Assembly: GCA_025471175.1 (NCBI GenBank)
Contig: GCA_025471175.1_4338.1
Strand: one strand, 5' to 3'
From: a phage
DNA: 44,724 bases
The notes below the pieces were generated by a model. The model ran no database searches, had not been told where the DNA came from, and saw only the letters and a list, made by a program, of their open reading frames with translations. Position numbers and translations under genes: made by a program. Shown here piece by piece: positions 8,133 to 17,613 of this stretch (its first letter is position 1; every line of letters starts with the position of its first letter).

Positions 8133-8161
8133 TTGACATGTGAATAGTTCGCTATTATAGT
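8133..8161 (+). promoter_or_regulatory. sigma70-like promoter with AATAG-N4-CTATT operator-like repeat
   Basis: TTGACA-N17-TATAGT; spacer tgtgAATAGttcgCTATta. Confidence 0.55.
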
Positions 8162-8189
8162 TAGCCCATACCAAACGAGAGGGGCAGAT

Positions 8190-8417
8190 ATGAACACAAT
8201 CACTGGGGCCATAGCTAAAGGTTTTCGAGCAATTTTCGGCGCTCCGCAAGAAGTGTGCACAAAACATAAATTTGTACTTTCTTGCGTAGTAGGGGATGAG
8301 TTTGATGGGTTCGATAAACTTGTTGTCTGTGACCATTGCGGGCAAGAAGCTATTCAACACTCAAACGGTAAATTTGAACTAATAGACGATAGCCTTACTG
8401 AAGGCGACGGTGAGTAA
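8190..8417 (+). CDS. hypothetical protein, Cys-rich (possible zinc ribbon)
   Basis: 75 aa; GAGAGGGG RBS; CxxHC near C-terminus. Confidence 0.5.
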   Translation: MNTITGAIAKGFRAIFGAPQEVCTKHKFVLSCVVGDEFDGFDKLVVCDHCGQEAIQHSNGKFELIDDSLTEGDGE

Positions 8418-8441
8418 CTTACACAAACAGGAGAGAAACAA

Positions 8442-8942
8442 ATGTTAGAGAAATTCTTAGTATTGCTGGAACGTTTCGTAGTTGCACATGAACTGATTGC
8501 CGCGAACAGTGCGAAACAAGTTGTTCAGGTTGCCACGCCGCTGGAAGTAGAGACGGTATCGTACACCAAAGAAGCGGTAGCTGAGTGCGCTGAAGAAGCA
8601 ACAAAAGAAATCCCGGTTGAAGGTGAAGACATCGTCGACACTAAACCGGCAGAAGAAGAGAAGCCAAAACGTAAGCCGCGTAAAGCTAAAGTAGAGGAGT
8701 CGACGCCAGAACCAGAAGAAGAGAAAGAAGAGGTCGATTACCAGTCTCTTCGTGACCAGATTCAGGCTATCGACGATGCAATTAACGAAGGTCCGAGCGA
8801 TGCCGCGTGCGACGATTCTGATGAACTGCTGGAAGAGTTCACCGGTAAGAAGATGAAGATTGCCGCGATTAAAGACGAAGACCTGGTCGAGTACCTGGAA
8901 CGCCTGACAGCAATCAAGAACAAGTATTTCGAAGAAGAATAA
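8442..8942 (+). CDS. hypothetical highly acidic protein
   Basis: 166 aa; C-terminal two thirds dominated by Glu/Asp. Confidence 0.55.
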   Translation: MLEKFLVLLERFVVAHELIAANSAKQVVQVATPLEVETVSYTKEAVAECAEEATKEIPVEGEDIVDTKPAEEEKPKRKPRKAKVEESTPEPEEEKEEVDYQSLRDQIQAIDDAINEGPSDAACDDSDELLEEFTGKKMKIAAIKDEDLVEYLERLTAIKNKYFEEE

Positions 8943-8985
8943 TTATCTCGCGGCCTTCGGGCCGCTTTAACTGAGGGTCGTAATT

Positions 8986-9258
8986 ATGATTTACCGACTC
9001 TACCGCGCCGTTGACAGGCGGGATAACACAGAGGCGTTGTGGCTGTTGCGTGCGCCGTCAGGTGCGCACCAGATGGAAGAGATGGCGTACTTAGGCAAAG
9101 TACCGCGGGCTAAAGATATAGGCCGTCATGTGTCGCAGATTAAGCGCACGACTTTTGCCAAGCCTGACTTTTATGTCTTCGAGTCGATGTATGGATGGGC
9201 CATGCATTGCCAGCACCAGACCAGACATTTAATTGACCAGTGGGAGAGCAGGGTATGA
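8986..9258 (+). CDS. hypothetical protein (90 aa)
   Basis: ORF track; stop overlaps next ATG. Confidence 0.45.
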   Translation: MIYRLYRAVDRRDNTEALWLLRAPSGAHQMEEMAYLGKVPRAKDIGRHVSQIKRTTFAKPDFYVFESMYGWAMHCQHQTRHLIDQWESRV

Positions 9259-9602
9259 CGGATAAATGGTGGCTTAATTTGCGCAGCGGTGACAAGGTTT
9301 ACACCGTCGGTGACCGCAGAAAGAACAGCGGCGTAGCTACTGTGTTACAAAACGGCAAAAAGTACATCCGCATTGCGCATGAAGCCCGGGCGCTCCGCGT
9401 GAATAAATCTTCTGGTAGGCTTGAGGATTACCCGAAAACATTAATATACAAAAGTGAAAAGCATCACATGGTCGCTGTTGACGCAAGACGTCAGTTCGCA
9501 GGAATGTTGCAACAGTTAAGCGACTTACATCGCGATGATTCTTTCACCCCCTCAGAAGAACAGCTACAGGCATTAAACTTGTATTTGGAGAGTTTACGAT
9601 GA
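9255..9602 (+). CDS. hypothetical protein (115 aa)
   Basis: ORF track 9240..9602; ATG at 9255 has GGAG upstream and ATGA overlap. Confidence 0.45.
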   Translation: MTDKWWLNLRSGDKVYTVGDRRKNSGVATVLQNGKKYIRIAHEARALRVNKSSGRLEDYPKTLIYKSEKHHMVAVDARRQFAGMLQQLSDLHRDDSFTPSEEQLQALNLYLESLR

Positions 9603-10840
9603 TTCTAAAAGAACGCGGCGGCAATAACGATGTTCACGCCTTACTTTCGCCGTCAGGTGCTAAAAAATGGCTGTCATGCGCGGCATCACTGGCCTGTGAA
9701 AAAGATATTCCTAACACGTCGGGTAAATCCGCCGTTACGGGGACAGCGTGCCACACCATAGCTGAAGTCCATCTCAACGCCTATATCCGCGGCACTGCGT
9801 TGCCGTTAGAGCGTGAAGTTGGCGCTTACGTGCTGGATGAGGGTAAAGGCCAGATTAAGGCGCTAATCAGCCCGATGAAAGGCGCGGTACTGATTACGGC
9901 GGACATGATTGAGCAGGTGCGAAAGTACACCGACTACTGCAAACCGATTATCGATGTAGCAACTTACGCCAAGCTGGAAATGCGCGTCAATCTTACTGAG
10001 GTATTGCATCCTGGGTATGAAGGCGTTGAGACGTTCGGAACCGCTGACCTTGTTGCCGTTCAGGAACTGGCTAACACTGACGGGCACATGCTTATCATCG
10101 GCGACCTGAAAACAGGACGGCATCGTGTCGAAGCGAAAGAAAACAAGCAGCTTATGCTCTACGCTCTAGGTGTTTATCGCCGACTCAAGAGACGTTATAA
10201 CATAACAACCGTTCATCTGGTCATCTTTCAGCCATACGCTGGCGGCGCGTCGGAGTGGGGCATCTCGGTTGAAGGTCTGGAACTGTTCGCTAAGTTTGCG
10301 CAGAAACGGGCGCTGTTAGCTCTTGATGCGTATTTCCGTGGTAAAAAGAACCTGAAAGCGTCGGACTTCAGGCCGTCTGTCGACGGTTGCCAATGGTGCC
10401 GTTTCTCAGAGCAGTGCGCCGCGCGTACAAAAACCGTCAACGCGGTGCTGGCGGAAGAACTGGAGGACGACTTTGCGCTGGAACTTACGCCGGAGGAACT
10501 CGTAGCTGAGTACGAGAAGTTGCCGTTGTTGCGCCAGCACATCGACAAGGTTGAGAAAGCTATGGCTGCCGCGTTGCATTCCGGTAAGAAAGTTCCTGGG
10601 TACAAGCTGGTTGAAGGTAAGATGGGCAATCGTGCGTGGAAAGACGCGGAGAAAGTAACAGAACTCTACGGCGACAAGCTGACTAAAGAAGTGCTCATGA
10701 CGCCGACCGAAGCGGTTAAAGTTGTGCCGGAAGAAGAACTGAAAGACTTCATCACACGTAAACCAGGTGCCCCATGCATCACAACGGCAGACGACAAACG
10801 GCCTGAGTGGAATCAGGTTAGTGAAGAAGATTTGGAATAA
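9599..10840 (+). CDS. PD-(D/E)XK-type nuclease, DUF2800/Cas4-like
   Basis: 413 aa; N-terminal ALLSPSGAKKWLSCAAS and C-terminal Cys cluster CQWCRFSEQC recalled as typical of DUF2800 phage nucleases. Confidence 0.55.
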   Translation: MILKERGGNNDVHALLSPSGAKKWLSCAASLACEKDIPNTSGKSAVTGTACHTIAEVHLNAYIRGTALPLEREVGAYVLDEGKGQIKALISPMKGAVLITADMIEQVRKYTDYCKPIIDVATYAKLEMRVNLTEVLHPGYEGVETFGTADLVAVQELANTDGHMLIIGDLKTGRHRVEAKENKQLMLYALGVYRRLKRRYNITTVHLVIFQPYAGGASEWGISVEGLELFAKFAQKRALLALDAYFRGKKNLKASDFRPSVDGCQWCRFSEQCAARTKTVNAVLAEELEDDFALELTPEELVAEYEKLPLLRQHIDKVEKAMAAALHSGKKVPGYKLVEGKMGNRAWKDAEKVTELYGDKLTKEVLMTPTEAVKVVPEEELKDFITRKPGAPCITTADDKRPEWNQVSEEDLE

Positions 10841-10844
10841 AGTG

Positions 10845-10873
10845 TTGACACCTGAATAGTTGGCTATTATAGT
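10845..10873 (+). promoter_or_regulatory. sigma70-like promoter with AATAG-N4-CTATT repeat
   Basis: TTGACA-N17-TATAGT; spacer cctgAATAGttggCTATta. Confidence 0.55.
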
Positions 10874-10929
10874 TCTAATCACTGGCCGGGCAGCTTCCCG
10901 GAGTAAACTAAAAACTGAGGAATCGAGAT

Positions 10930-11562
10930 ATGGGTATTAAGCTGAATCTGCGTAAAGTAAACACTGCCTGGGTTAACGTATTCGAACGCGAAAAAGACCG
11001 TGAAAACGATGATGGCTCCATCACTAAAGGCCAGTACAGCGCGACTATAATCCTGCCATCTGACCACGCGCAAATCGACGCGCTCTACGACACTGTCTAC
11101 GCTGTAGTTGAAGAAGCGTTAGGCGCAGCCGCTGCCGAGAAGTGGATGAAGTCCAACTACGGCGAAGGTAAGCACATGGATAAATGTGCAATTAAAGATA
11201 TTGCTGAACGCGACAATCCGTTTGAAGACTTCCCGGAAGGCTTCTACTTCAAAGCTAAGGCACAGAAACAGCCACTGATTGTAACATCTAAAAAAGGTGA
11301 GACTCAGGTAGAGCAGGACTTCAACGTAGACGGCGAACAGATTGAAGGTGAACAGGTTTACAGTGGCTGCGTAGCTAATGTAAGCGTTGAAATCTGGTTC
11401 AGCCAGAAATATAAAGTTCTAGGCGTTAACCTGCTGGCAATTAAATATGTTGGCGAAGGTAAAGCGTTTGGTGGTTCTAAAGTCGCCGCAAGCGTCAATG
11501 ACCTGGAAGACGATGACGATGAAAAAGATGAAGCACCTCGCCGCGAACGTCGTCGCCGTTAA
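10930..11562 (+). CDS. putative ssDNA-binding protein (DUF2815-like)
   Basis: 210 aa with acidic Asp/Glu-rich tail; sits beside the DUF2800-like nuclease and upstream of DNA polymerase. Confidence 0.45.
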   Translation: MGIKLNLRKVNTAWVNVFEREKDRENDDGSITKGQYSATIILPSDHAQIDALYDTVYAVVEEALGAAAAEKWMKSNYGEGKHMDKCAIKDIAERDNPFEDFPEGFYFKAKAQKQPLIVTSKKGETQVEQDFNVDGEQIEGEQVYSGCVANVSVEIWFSQKYKVLGVNLLAIKYVGEGKAFGGSKVAASVNDLEDDDDEKDEAPRRERRRR

Positions 11563-11582
11563 TATCTGAACCAATTTAACTG

Positions 11583-11605
11583 AGGCCCTTCATTGGGCCT
11601 TTTTA
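11583..11605 (+). terminator. rho-independent terminator
   Basis: aggccc-ttcatt-gggcct followed by TTTTT. Confidence 0.6.
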
Positions 11606-11651
11606 CTAGGGGTCGAAAATAATGTTTTTCTGTAAGCACGTATACCGATAC

Positions 11652-11777
11652 ATGAAGCCACTTCCGTGGTACGCGGATGAGTACCGCGCCGGGTACAGAC
11701 ATGTGTGGATTTGTCGTGATTGTATGAAAATAAGATTAAGCGAAACGAAGGCACTGGATTTAAGGAAAAAGAAATGA
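11652..11777 (+). CDS. possible small leader ORF (41 aa)
   Basis: ATG ORF whose TGA overlaps the polymerase ATG (ATGA); no clear SD. Confidence 0.25.
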   Translation: MKPLPWYADEYRAGYRHVWICRDCMKIRLSETKALDLRKKK

Positions 11778-14014
11778 GCTACTTATACCTGGACTTTGAA
11801 ACATTCTCCGAAGCCGATTTGAAGAAAGTTGGCGCCTACGCTTACGCCGAACATCCAACTACCGAAGTGCTAATCTGTACATATGCTTTTGACGACGAGC
11901 CTGTACAGGTATGGGACTGCACCGACGGCAGCGACATGCCGGGTGATTTGCACCGCGCACTGCGCCGTCTGGTGAAGCCGAACAGCCGCATTAAGATGGT
12001 GTGGCATAACGGCTCAATGTTCGACCGCCTCATCATGAAGCACTGCTGGGGATTTGATATTCCTGTAAGTAGCACCATCGACACGATGATTTGGGCGTTT
12101 CGCCACGCTCTGCCTGGCTCACTTGATGCATTGTGCGAAGTGCTGGGCGTATCTGCGGACAATGCAAAAGATAAACGCGGCAAGGCGCTTATTCAGCGTT
12201 TCGCTAAACCGACGCCGAAGAACTACAAAATCCGCCGCTACACCGCAGAAACACACCCGGACGAGTGGGCACTGTTCATTAAGTACGCCGTGAGCGACAT
12301 CACTGCGATGCGTGAAGTCTTCCATAAGCTGCCGCGTTGGGGTAACTCCGAGTTCGAGGACCGTGTACTGGAACTGGACCAGTTAATCAACGACCGCGGG
12401 TTTAAGGTTGACGTCGCACTGGCAGAAGCCGCAATTGAAGCCGTGGAGAAACACAAGGCACAGCTACAGGAAGAAGCCCAACGTAAATACGGCGGCTCAC
12501 TTACTGGTAAAGACTTCCTTCCGATTCTGCGTGAACTAGCACCGGCGCACCGAATCCACAATGCGCAGAAGTCAACGCTGAATGACCTGCTGGCGGATGA
12601 TGATTTGCCAGACGATGCCCGCACGATTATCGAAATGCGCCTCGGGGCCGCGTCCACGGCGTCAACGAAATATAACCCGCTGCTGTTGGGCCGCTCGTCG
12701 GACGACCGCCGCCGGGGTTGCATCCAGTATGGAGGGGCCAAGCGTACGTTACGGTTCGCGGGTAAAGGCTTCCAGCCACAGAACCTGGCGCGAGGGTACT
12801 ATCACGACGACCCGAAGAACGAAAAGAAGAAAGTACGTTATGACTGGATGTCAGAGAAGGACTGGTGGAGAGTAACACACCCATTGTCTCACGGAATCGA
12901 CCTGTTGTTAAAAGGCCGTGCGCATCGCCGTTTTGATGTGGCCAAGCTAACGGCATCGACGGTGCGCAGCTGCATAATACCGGAAGCAGGGTATAAGTTT
13001 GTCGTTGCCGACTACTCTAACGTTGAAGGCCGAGGGCTTGCGTGGCTGGCGGGTGAAGACGATTTAATAGAAGTATTTGTAAACGGGGTTGATGTGTACA
13101 AGAAACTCGCATCAACCGTGTTCAACGTTAGCTATGACGACGTAACAAAGGACCAAAGACAAATAGCCAAAGCAATGGTTCTGGGCCTCGGCTACGCGGG
13201 GGGTGTCGGTGCTTTCGTCACGTTTGCTAAAAACTTAGGTCTTGATTTGAATGATATGACACGCACTTTAGACGGAACTTTCCCGGACCATATTTGGGCC
13301 ACTACCGCACGCGGTTACGAGTGGGCACGTATCCAGGAGGCCAAGCGGCCGCCACGTCCTGGTGAAAAGGATGACCGACCATCATATATTCTTGATAAGA
13401 AAGTGTGGCGTACCTGTGACGCTTTAAAGCGTATGTACCGAGAAGCTAATCCTGCAATAGTCCAATTCTGGCGAGATATTGAAGACGCGGCAATGGCAGC
13501 TATCCGCAATCCTGGTAAAGAGTTCACCGCAGGGCCGCGGGGAGTTAAGTTTTCGCGCAACGTAGAAACAGACAACAACGGCAACAAAGTCGCGGGTTGG
13601 TGGTTGCGCATGACGTTGCCGTCTGGACGCGTTATGTCTTACCCAGGCGTCGGATTGAGTGTATCGAAAGAGACAGACGAAGATGGAAAGGTGTCTACTA
13701 ACGTGCGCATCAAGTACCAGGGCGAAAATCAGTTAACCCGTCAGTGGGGCTTTCAGTACACCTATTCCGGTAAACTGGTGGAAAACTGCACGCAGGCGCT
13801 GTGCCGTGATTTGCTGGCTAATGCGCTGCTGAACGTCGAAGCAAACGGCTACCCGATTGTGCTTCATGTTCACGATGAGATTATCTGCGAGACACCAGAT
13901 ACGCCGGAATACAATGTCGCAGAGCTTGAGCGATTGATGTGCGAATTGCCGGAATGGGCGGAGGGTTTCCCTCTTGTAGCGGAAGGTGCGGAGTTAAAAC
14001 GCTATGCTAAGTAA
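11774..14014 (+). CDS. family A DNA polymerase with 3'-5' exonuclease domain
   Basis: ORF track 11720..14014; ATG at 11774 has AAGGA RBS; LYLDFETFS exo motif; ADYSNVEGRGLA (motif A-like), RQIAKAMVLGLGYAGG (motif B-like), HVHDEI (motif C). Confidence 0.9.
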   Translation: MSYLYLDFETFSEADLKKVGAYAYAEHPTTEVLICTYAFDDEPVQVWDCTDGSDMPGDLHRALRRLVKPNSRIKMVWHNGSMFDRLIMKHCWGFDIPVSSTIDTMIWAFRHALPGSLDALCEVLGVSADNAKDKRGKALIQRFAKPTPKNYKIRRYTAETHPDEWALFIKYAVSDITAMREVFHKLPRWGNSEFEDRVLELDQLINDRGFKVDVALAEAAIEAVEKHKAQLQEEAQRKYGGSLTGKDFLPILRELAPAHRIHNAQKSTLNDLLADDDLPDDARTIIEMRLGAASTASTKYNPLLLGRSSDDRRRGCIQYGGAKRTLRFAGKGFQPQNLARGYYHDDPKNEKKKVRYDWMSEKDWWRVTHPLSHGIDLLLKGRAHRRFDVAKLTASTVRSCIIPEAGYKFVVADYSNVEGRGLAWLAGEDDLIEVFVNGVDVYKKLASTVFNVSYDDVTKDQRQIAKAMVLGLGYAGGVGAFVTFAKNLGLDLNDMTRTLDGTFPDHIWATTARGYEWARIQEAKRPPRPGEKDDRPSYILDKKVWRTCDALKRMYREANPAIVQFWRDIEDAAMAAIRNPGKEFTAGPRGVKFSRNVETDNNGNKVAGWWLRMTLPSGRVMSYPGVGLSVSKETDEDGKVSTNVRIKYQGENQLTRQWGFQYTYSGKLVENCTQALCRDLLANALLNVEANGYPIVLHVHDEIICETPDTPEYNVAELERLMCELPEWAEGFPLVAEGAELKRYAK

Positions 14015-14131
14015 ATTGATTATCGCGGTACTGGCGGGATTCGCCGCCGGTGTCTACCGTCACGAGGGTCAATACTGCATGACTGTCGCCGTATTGGGTA
14101 TGTTCATCGCAATTTATCTGTGGGTGCTGGA

Positions 14132-14221
14132 ATGAAAATTTACTGGTTATACGAAGAAGACTGTAGAATCTGTCCGCGCTGCGGGATTGAGCATACGAAA
14201 CGTGAGGGGTGCATATTATGA
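14132..14221 (+). CDS. possible zinc-ribbon peptide (29 aa)
   Basis: CRICPRCG...C; start and stop both in ATGA overlaps. Confidence 0.3.
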   Translation: MKIYWLYEEDCRICPRCGIEHTKREGCIL

Positions 14222-14370
14222 CAATGTTTGTATTTTGGACGACAGTAACCATGCTCGCACTGTTACTCGGCGCGGGAATAGCCGCGATGTTCTGTTACGG
14301 TCTGTTCTTTAAGTTTGTCGGTGTTGCCGTTCTCGGTGGGGCTTTCCTTACCTGGATGTTGCGGTCATGA
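14218..14370 (+). CDS. possible small membrane protein (50 aa)
   Basis: Hydrophobic; stop overlaps VRR-NUC ATG. Confidence 0.3.
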   Translation: MTMFVFWTTVTMLALLLGAGIAAMFCYGLFFKFVGVAVLGGAFLTWMLRS

Positions 14371-14651
14371 CTAAAGAGGGCCGCGTACAGAAATACGCAA
14401 AAGAGCGATTCGAGGCCATCGGCGGCCTCGTTCGTAAACTTTCCTACGAGGGGCGCTCGGGTGCCCCCGACCTGCTGGTAATTCTCCCTGGCGGCATCGT
14501 CTGGTTCGTCGAGGTGAAGAAAGACGAAAACGCGAAGCCGGGCCCCCACCAGCTACGAGAGCACGAGCGGATGCGTAAACGTGGTGCAAATGTTTTTGTC
14601 GTTGGGTCGTTTAAACAGGTTGACGACCTAATAGCGAACTATTATAGTTAG
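14367..14651 (+). CDS. VRR-NUC domain nuclease
   Basis: 94 aa; GAPDLLVILPGGIVWFVEVK fits the VRR-NUC PD-(D/E)XK pattern. Confidence 0.6.
   Translation: MTKEGRVQKYAKERFEAIGGLVRKLSYEGRSGAPDLLVILPGGIVWFVEVKKDENAKPGPHQLREHERMRKRGANVFVVGSFKQVDDLIANYYS
14620..14648 (+). promoter_or_regulatory. sigma70-like promoter with AATAG-N4-CTATT repeat
   Basis: TTGACG-N17-TATAGT; spacer acctAATAGcgaaCTATta; overlaps 3' end of VRR-NUC gene. Confidence 0.5.
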
Positions 14652-14681
14652 TCCCACACCAACAATATAAGGAATTGAGAA

Positions 14682-14873
14682 ATGAAACACGAATATGACC
14701 GCAAACCAGCACGTGACATCGTACCGGGCGACATGATTTTCAACGTTAAGACCCGCCAGCCTGTTGCCGTTGATACGGTGTTCGTCGAGTCGAATGGTAA
14801 ACTGGTTATCGAAGATGCGACCGGTAACGTTACGGCGTTCGGGCGTAAAGAGCTGGTGCTGGTGGCGAAATGA
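14682..14873 (+). CDS. hypothetical protein (63 aa)
   Basis: ORF track; downstream of promoter 14620-14648. Confidence 0.45.
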   Translation: MKHEYDRKPARDIVPGDMIFNVKTRQPVAVDTVFVESNGKLVIEDATGNVTAFGRKELVLVAK

Positions 14874-15799
14874 ACTATTACAATGAGTGGGATAAAGGCG
14901 CAGCCGCGTGGCTGCGTGAATTAATAAAACAGGGTCACATACCTTTTGGAGTTGTAGATGAAAGAAGCGTTACAGAAGTTAAGCCAGAAGACCTCGACGG
15001 GTTCACCCAGTGTCATTTTTTCGCTGGTATTGGCGGCTGGCCTCTCGCGCTCAGACTTGCGGGAGTTTCGGAAGATACGCCTATCTGGACGGGAAGCCCG
15101 CCTTGCCAACCGTTTAGCGCGGCAGGAAAGCAACTCGGACAGTTCGACCCGAGACACCTCGCACCTGTGTTCCTCGACCTCATCAGCGAGTGCAGCCCTC
15201 CAGTCCTCTTTGGGGAACAGGTTGCGCCAGCAATTGCAAAATCGTGGATGTGCGATTTACAAGCTCATCTGGAAGGAGAAGACTACGCCGTCGGGTTTGC
15301 TGTACTCCCAGCTTGTAGCATCGGTGCACCGCACAAACGTGACAGACTTTTCTTCGGCGCGTACAACCTGGCCCACACCGGCGGTATCACTGATAACAAA
15401 CGACGTGAACATGCGCAGCACGGACGGCAGGACGAAACCGAACAAACTGGGATGGGCCGCTGCGATGGTGACTTGGCCTACACCGACAGCGAACGACTAC
15501 AGGGGGAGTGGGGAGACAGTGATTCGCAAGGACGGGAAGGACAGGACATTCGACAAGCTGGACTACTCGACGGAGCAGGGGCCGAAAATAACACAACCTA
15601 TTCGCATCACGGCTTCTGGTCAGATGCTGACTGGCTCGGATGCCGGGATGGAAAATTCAGGCCAGTTGAATCCGGCACATTCCCGCTGGCTAATGGGATA
15701 CCCGCCAGAGTGGGACGATTGCGCGGTTACGGCAATGCCATCGTCCCGCAAGTAGCTGCTGAATTTATAAAGGCATTCATGGGGGCGGTAGATGAGTAA
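14870..15799 (+). CDS. DNA (cytosine-5)-methyltransferase
   Basis: FAGIGGW (motif I), [12 protein letters not shown] (motif IV PCQ), LFGEQV (ENV-like motif VI with N to Q), HKRDRLFF (motif VIII), GYGNAIV (motif X). Confidence 0.75.
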   Translation: MNYYNEWDKGAAAWLRELIKQGHIPFGVVDERSVTEVKPEDLDGFTQCHFFAGIGGWPLALRLAGVSEDTPIWTGSPPCQPFSAAGKQLGQFDPRHLAPVFLDLISECSPPVLFGEQVAPAIAKSWMCDLQAHLEGEDYAVGFAVLPACSIGAPHKRDRLFFGAYNLAHTGGITDNKRREHAQHGRQDETEQTGMGRCDGDLAYTDSERLQGEWGDSDSQGREGQDIRQAGLLDGAGAENNTTYSHHGFWSDADWLGCRDGKFRPVESGTFPLANGIPARVGRLRGYGNAIVPQVAAEFIKAFMGAVDE

Positions 15800-17216
15800 G
15801 TTTCAAAGGCGTGAATACCAGAAGCTAATGACTTCGTTCATGTTGAAACACCCTCGCTGTAATATTTGGGCTTCGATGGGTGCGGGCAAAAGTTCCGCAA
15901 CGATGTGGGTACTCAACCGCCTGTTTCGCAACGGGCAACTTACAGAAGAGGACCGCGTGTTAATCCTAGCCCCGTTACGTGTTGCGTCCGGCACGTGGCC
16001 CGCAGAACAAACTAAGTGGGGTTTCCCGTGCCTGAGTGTCGTAGATGCAACCGGTTCAGAGAAGCGCCGCATCGCGGCGCTGGAGTCGGACGCTAACGTG
16101 GTGTGCACCAACTACGAAGTTATCGAGTGGCTGATTGACTACTACGGCAAAGACGACTGGCCTTTTACGGTTATCGTTGCCGATGAAAGCACGAAGCTGA
16201 AATCATTCCGTAGCCGTTCAGGTGGAAGCAAGCGCGCAAAGGCGCTAAGTAAAGTTGCGTTCGGTAAGGTTAAGCGTTTTATCAACCTGACCGGTACGCC
16301 GTCACCTAACGGCCTCAAGGACTTGTGGGGGCAGAACTGGTTTATCGACGCTGGCGAGCGCCTCGGTTCTTCATACACTGCGTTCACCGACCGGTGGTTT
16401 AACTCGGTGCAGGAAGGTAAATCGGCTATGGCGCGAAGGTATCGGGTACGCCCGGGCGCGGATAATGAGATTCATCAGAGGATGAAAGACATTAGCCTGA
16501 CGATTGACGCCGCCGAGTGGTTTGGTTGTGAAGCACCTATTATCGTGCCGGTGGAAATTGACCTGCCGAAGAAAGCGCGTCAGGCGTACATAGATATGGA
16601 GGAGAAGCTATTCGCAGAACTGGAAAGTGGGGAAGTTGAAGCGGCTAACGCCGCGGCGAAGACGTCGAAGTGCTTGCAGATTGCATCTGGTGCCGTATAT
16701 GTGTCAGGGCCGGACGGAGAAGCAACGAAAGACTGGGAGAAAGTGCACGACACGAAGCTGGACGCGCTGGAGTCCATTGTTGAAGAGTTGCAGGGTGCGC
16801 CGTTACTGGTGGCCTATCAGTTCAAGCATGAGCTTGAGCGCATCCTGAAACGTTTCCCGCAGGCACAGGCGTTTGCCAAAGGGGCCAAGGGTAATAAGCA
16901 GATGGAAGCGTGGAACCGCGGTGAAATCGAGATTTTGTGCGTGCATCCCGCATCAGCCGGCCATGGTTTGAATTTACAGGACGGCGGCCATCATCTGGCG
17001 TTCATCTCGCAAGGCTGGAACCTTGAGCACTATTTGCAGGTCGTGGAGCGTATAGGTCCGGTCCGCCAGAAACAGGCAGGCCACGAACGACCGGTGTTCC
17101 TTTATCACATCGTTGCTAAAGACACGCTGGACGAGGTTGTTGCCGCGCGTACCGACGAGAAGAAAACGGTGCAGGAAGAGTTGCTTAATTACATGAAGAG
17201 ACGAGGTAAGAAATGA
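15792..17216 (+). CDS. SNF2-family helicase
   Basis: Walker A ASMGAGKSSAT, DEST box, C-terminal helicase motifs. Confidence 0.75.
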   Translation: MSKFQRREYQKLMTSFMLKHPRCNIWASMGAGKSSATMWVLNRLFRNGQLTEEDRVLILAPLRVASGTWPAEQTKWGFPCLSVVDATGSEKRRIAALESDANVVCTNYEVIEWLIDYYGKDDWPFTVIVADESTKLKSFRSRSGGSKRAKALSKVAFGKVKRFINLTGTPSPNGLKDLWGQNWFIDAGERLGSSYTAFTDRWFNSVQEGKSAMARRYRVRPGADNEIHQRMKDISLTIDAAEWFGCEAPIIVPVEIDLPKKARQAYIDMEEKLFAELESGEVEAANAAAKTSKCLQIASGAVYVSGPDGEATKDWEKVHDTKLDALESIVEELQGAPLLVAYQFKHELERILKRFPQAQAFAKGAKGNKQMEAWNRGEIEILCVHPASAGHGLNLQDGGHHLAFISQGWNLEHYLQVVERIGPVRQKQAGHERPVFLYHIVAKDTLDEVVAARTDEKKTVQEELLNYMKRRGKK

Positions 17217-17446
17217 AGATCAAACAACATTTGGTCAAAGAAGTATCAATAGACGGCAGCGGTGGTGTGTACATAGCGAATCACAGAGAAAAAGCGGCGG
17301 TATTATGGTCTTTTGACCCAGGCGCGACAGCCGAAAATACCGCAAAAATAAAGTTTATTAACTGGGATTTAATACAATGTAAGAATAAAACACGACTTGG
17401 ACGTTTCTTGGCTCTAGTACCGACTGTATGGAGAATTTCTAAATGA
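17213..17446 (+). CDS. hypothetical protein (77 aa)
   Basis: ORF track; ATGA overlap with helicase. Confidence 0.45.
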   Translation: MKIKQHLVKEVSIDGSGGVYIANHREKAAVLWSFDPGATAENTAKIKFINWDLIQCKNKTRLGRFLALVPTVWRISK

Positions 17447-17580
17447 ACATCATAGCCCCGATTCCGGCATTGCAAAAACGTATCAAGGAACTCGAAGAAG
17501 AGGTTCTACGACTACGCCAGCAAAGAGACGCCGCTAATGCGCAACTGGCGTTTGTACTGGAGAAGTTATCAGAAGAGTAG
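17443..17580 (+). CDS. hypothetical coiled-coil peptide (45 aa)
   Basis: ATG overlaps upstream stop; last plus-strand gene before terminator. Confidence 0.35.
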   Translation: MNIIAPIPALQKRIKELEEEVLRLRQQRDAANAQLAFVLEKLSEE

Positions 17581-17582
17581 AG

Positions 17583-17613
17583 AAAAGGCCCCGTTTGGGG
17601 CCTTAGTTTTATT
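17583..17613. terminator. bidirectional rho-independent terminator
   Basis: aggcccc-gttt-ggggcct hairpin flanked by A-run and T-run; between convergent genes. Confidence 0.6.

Noticed and set aside
12238-12741. 167-aa minus-strand ORF
   Set aside because: Antisense within the DNA polymerase gene; Ser/Arg-rich low complexity
14958-15755. 265-aa plus-strand ORF
   Set aside because: Alternative frame inside the methyltransferase gene, whose motifs are all in the other frame
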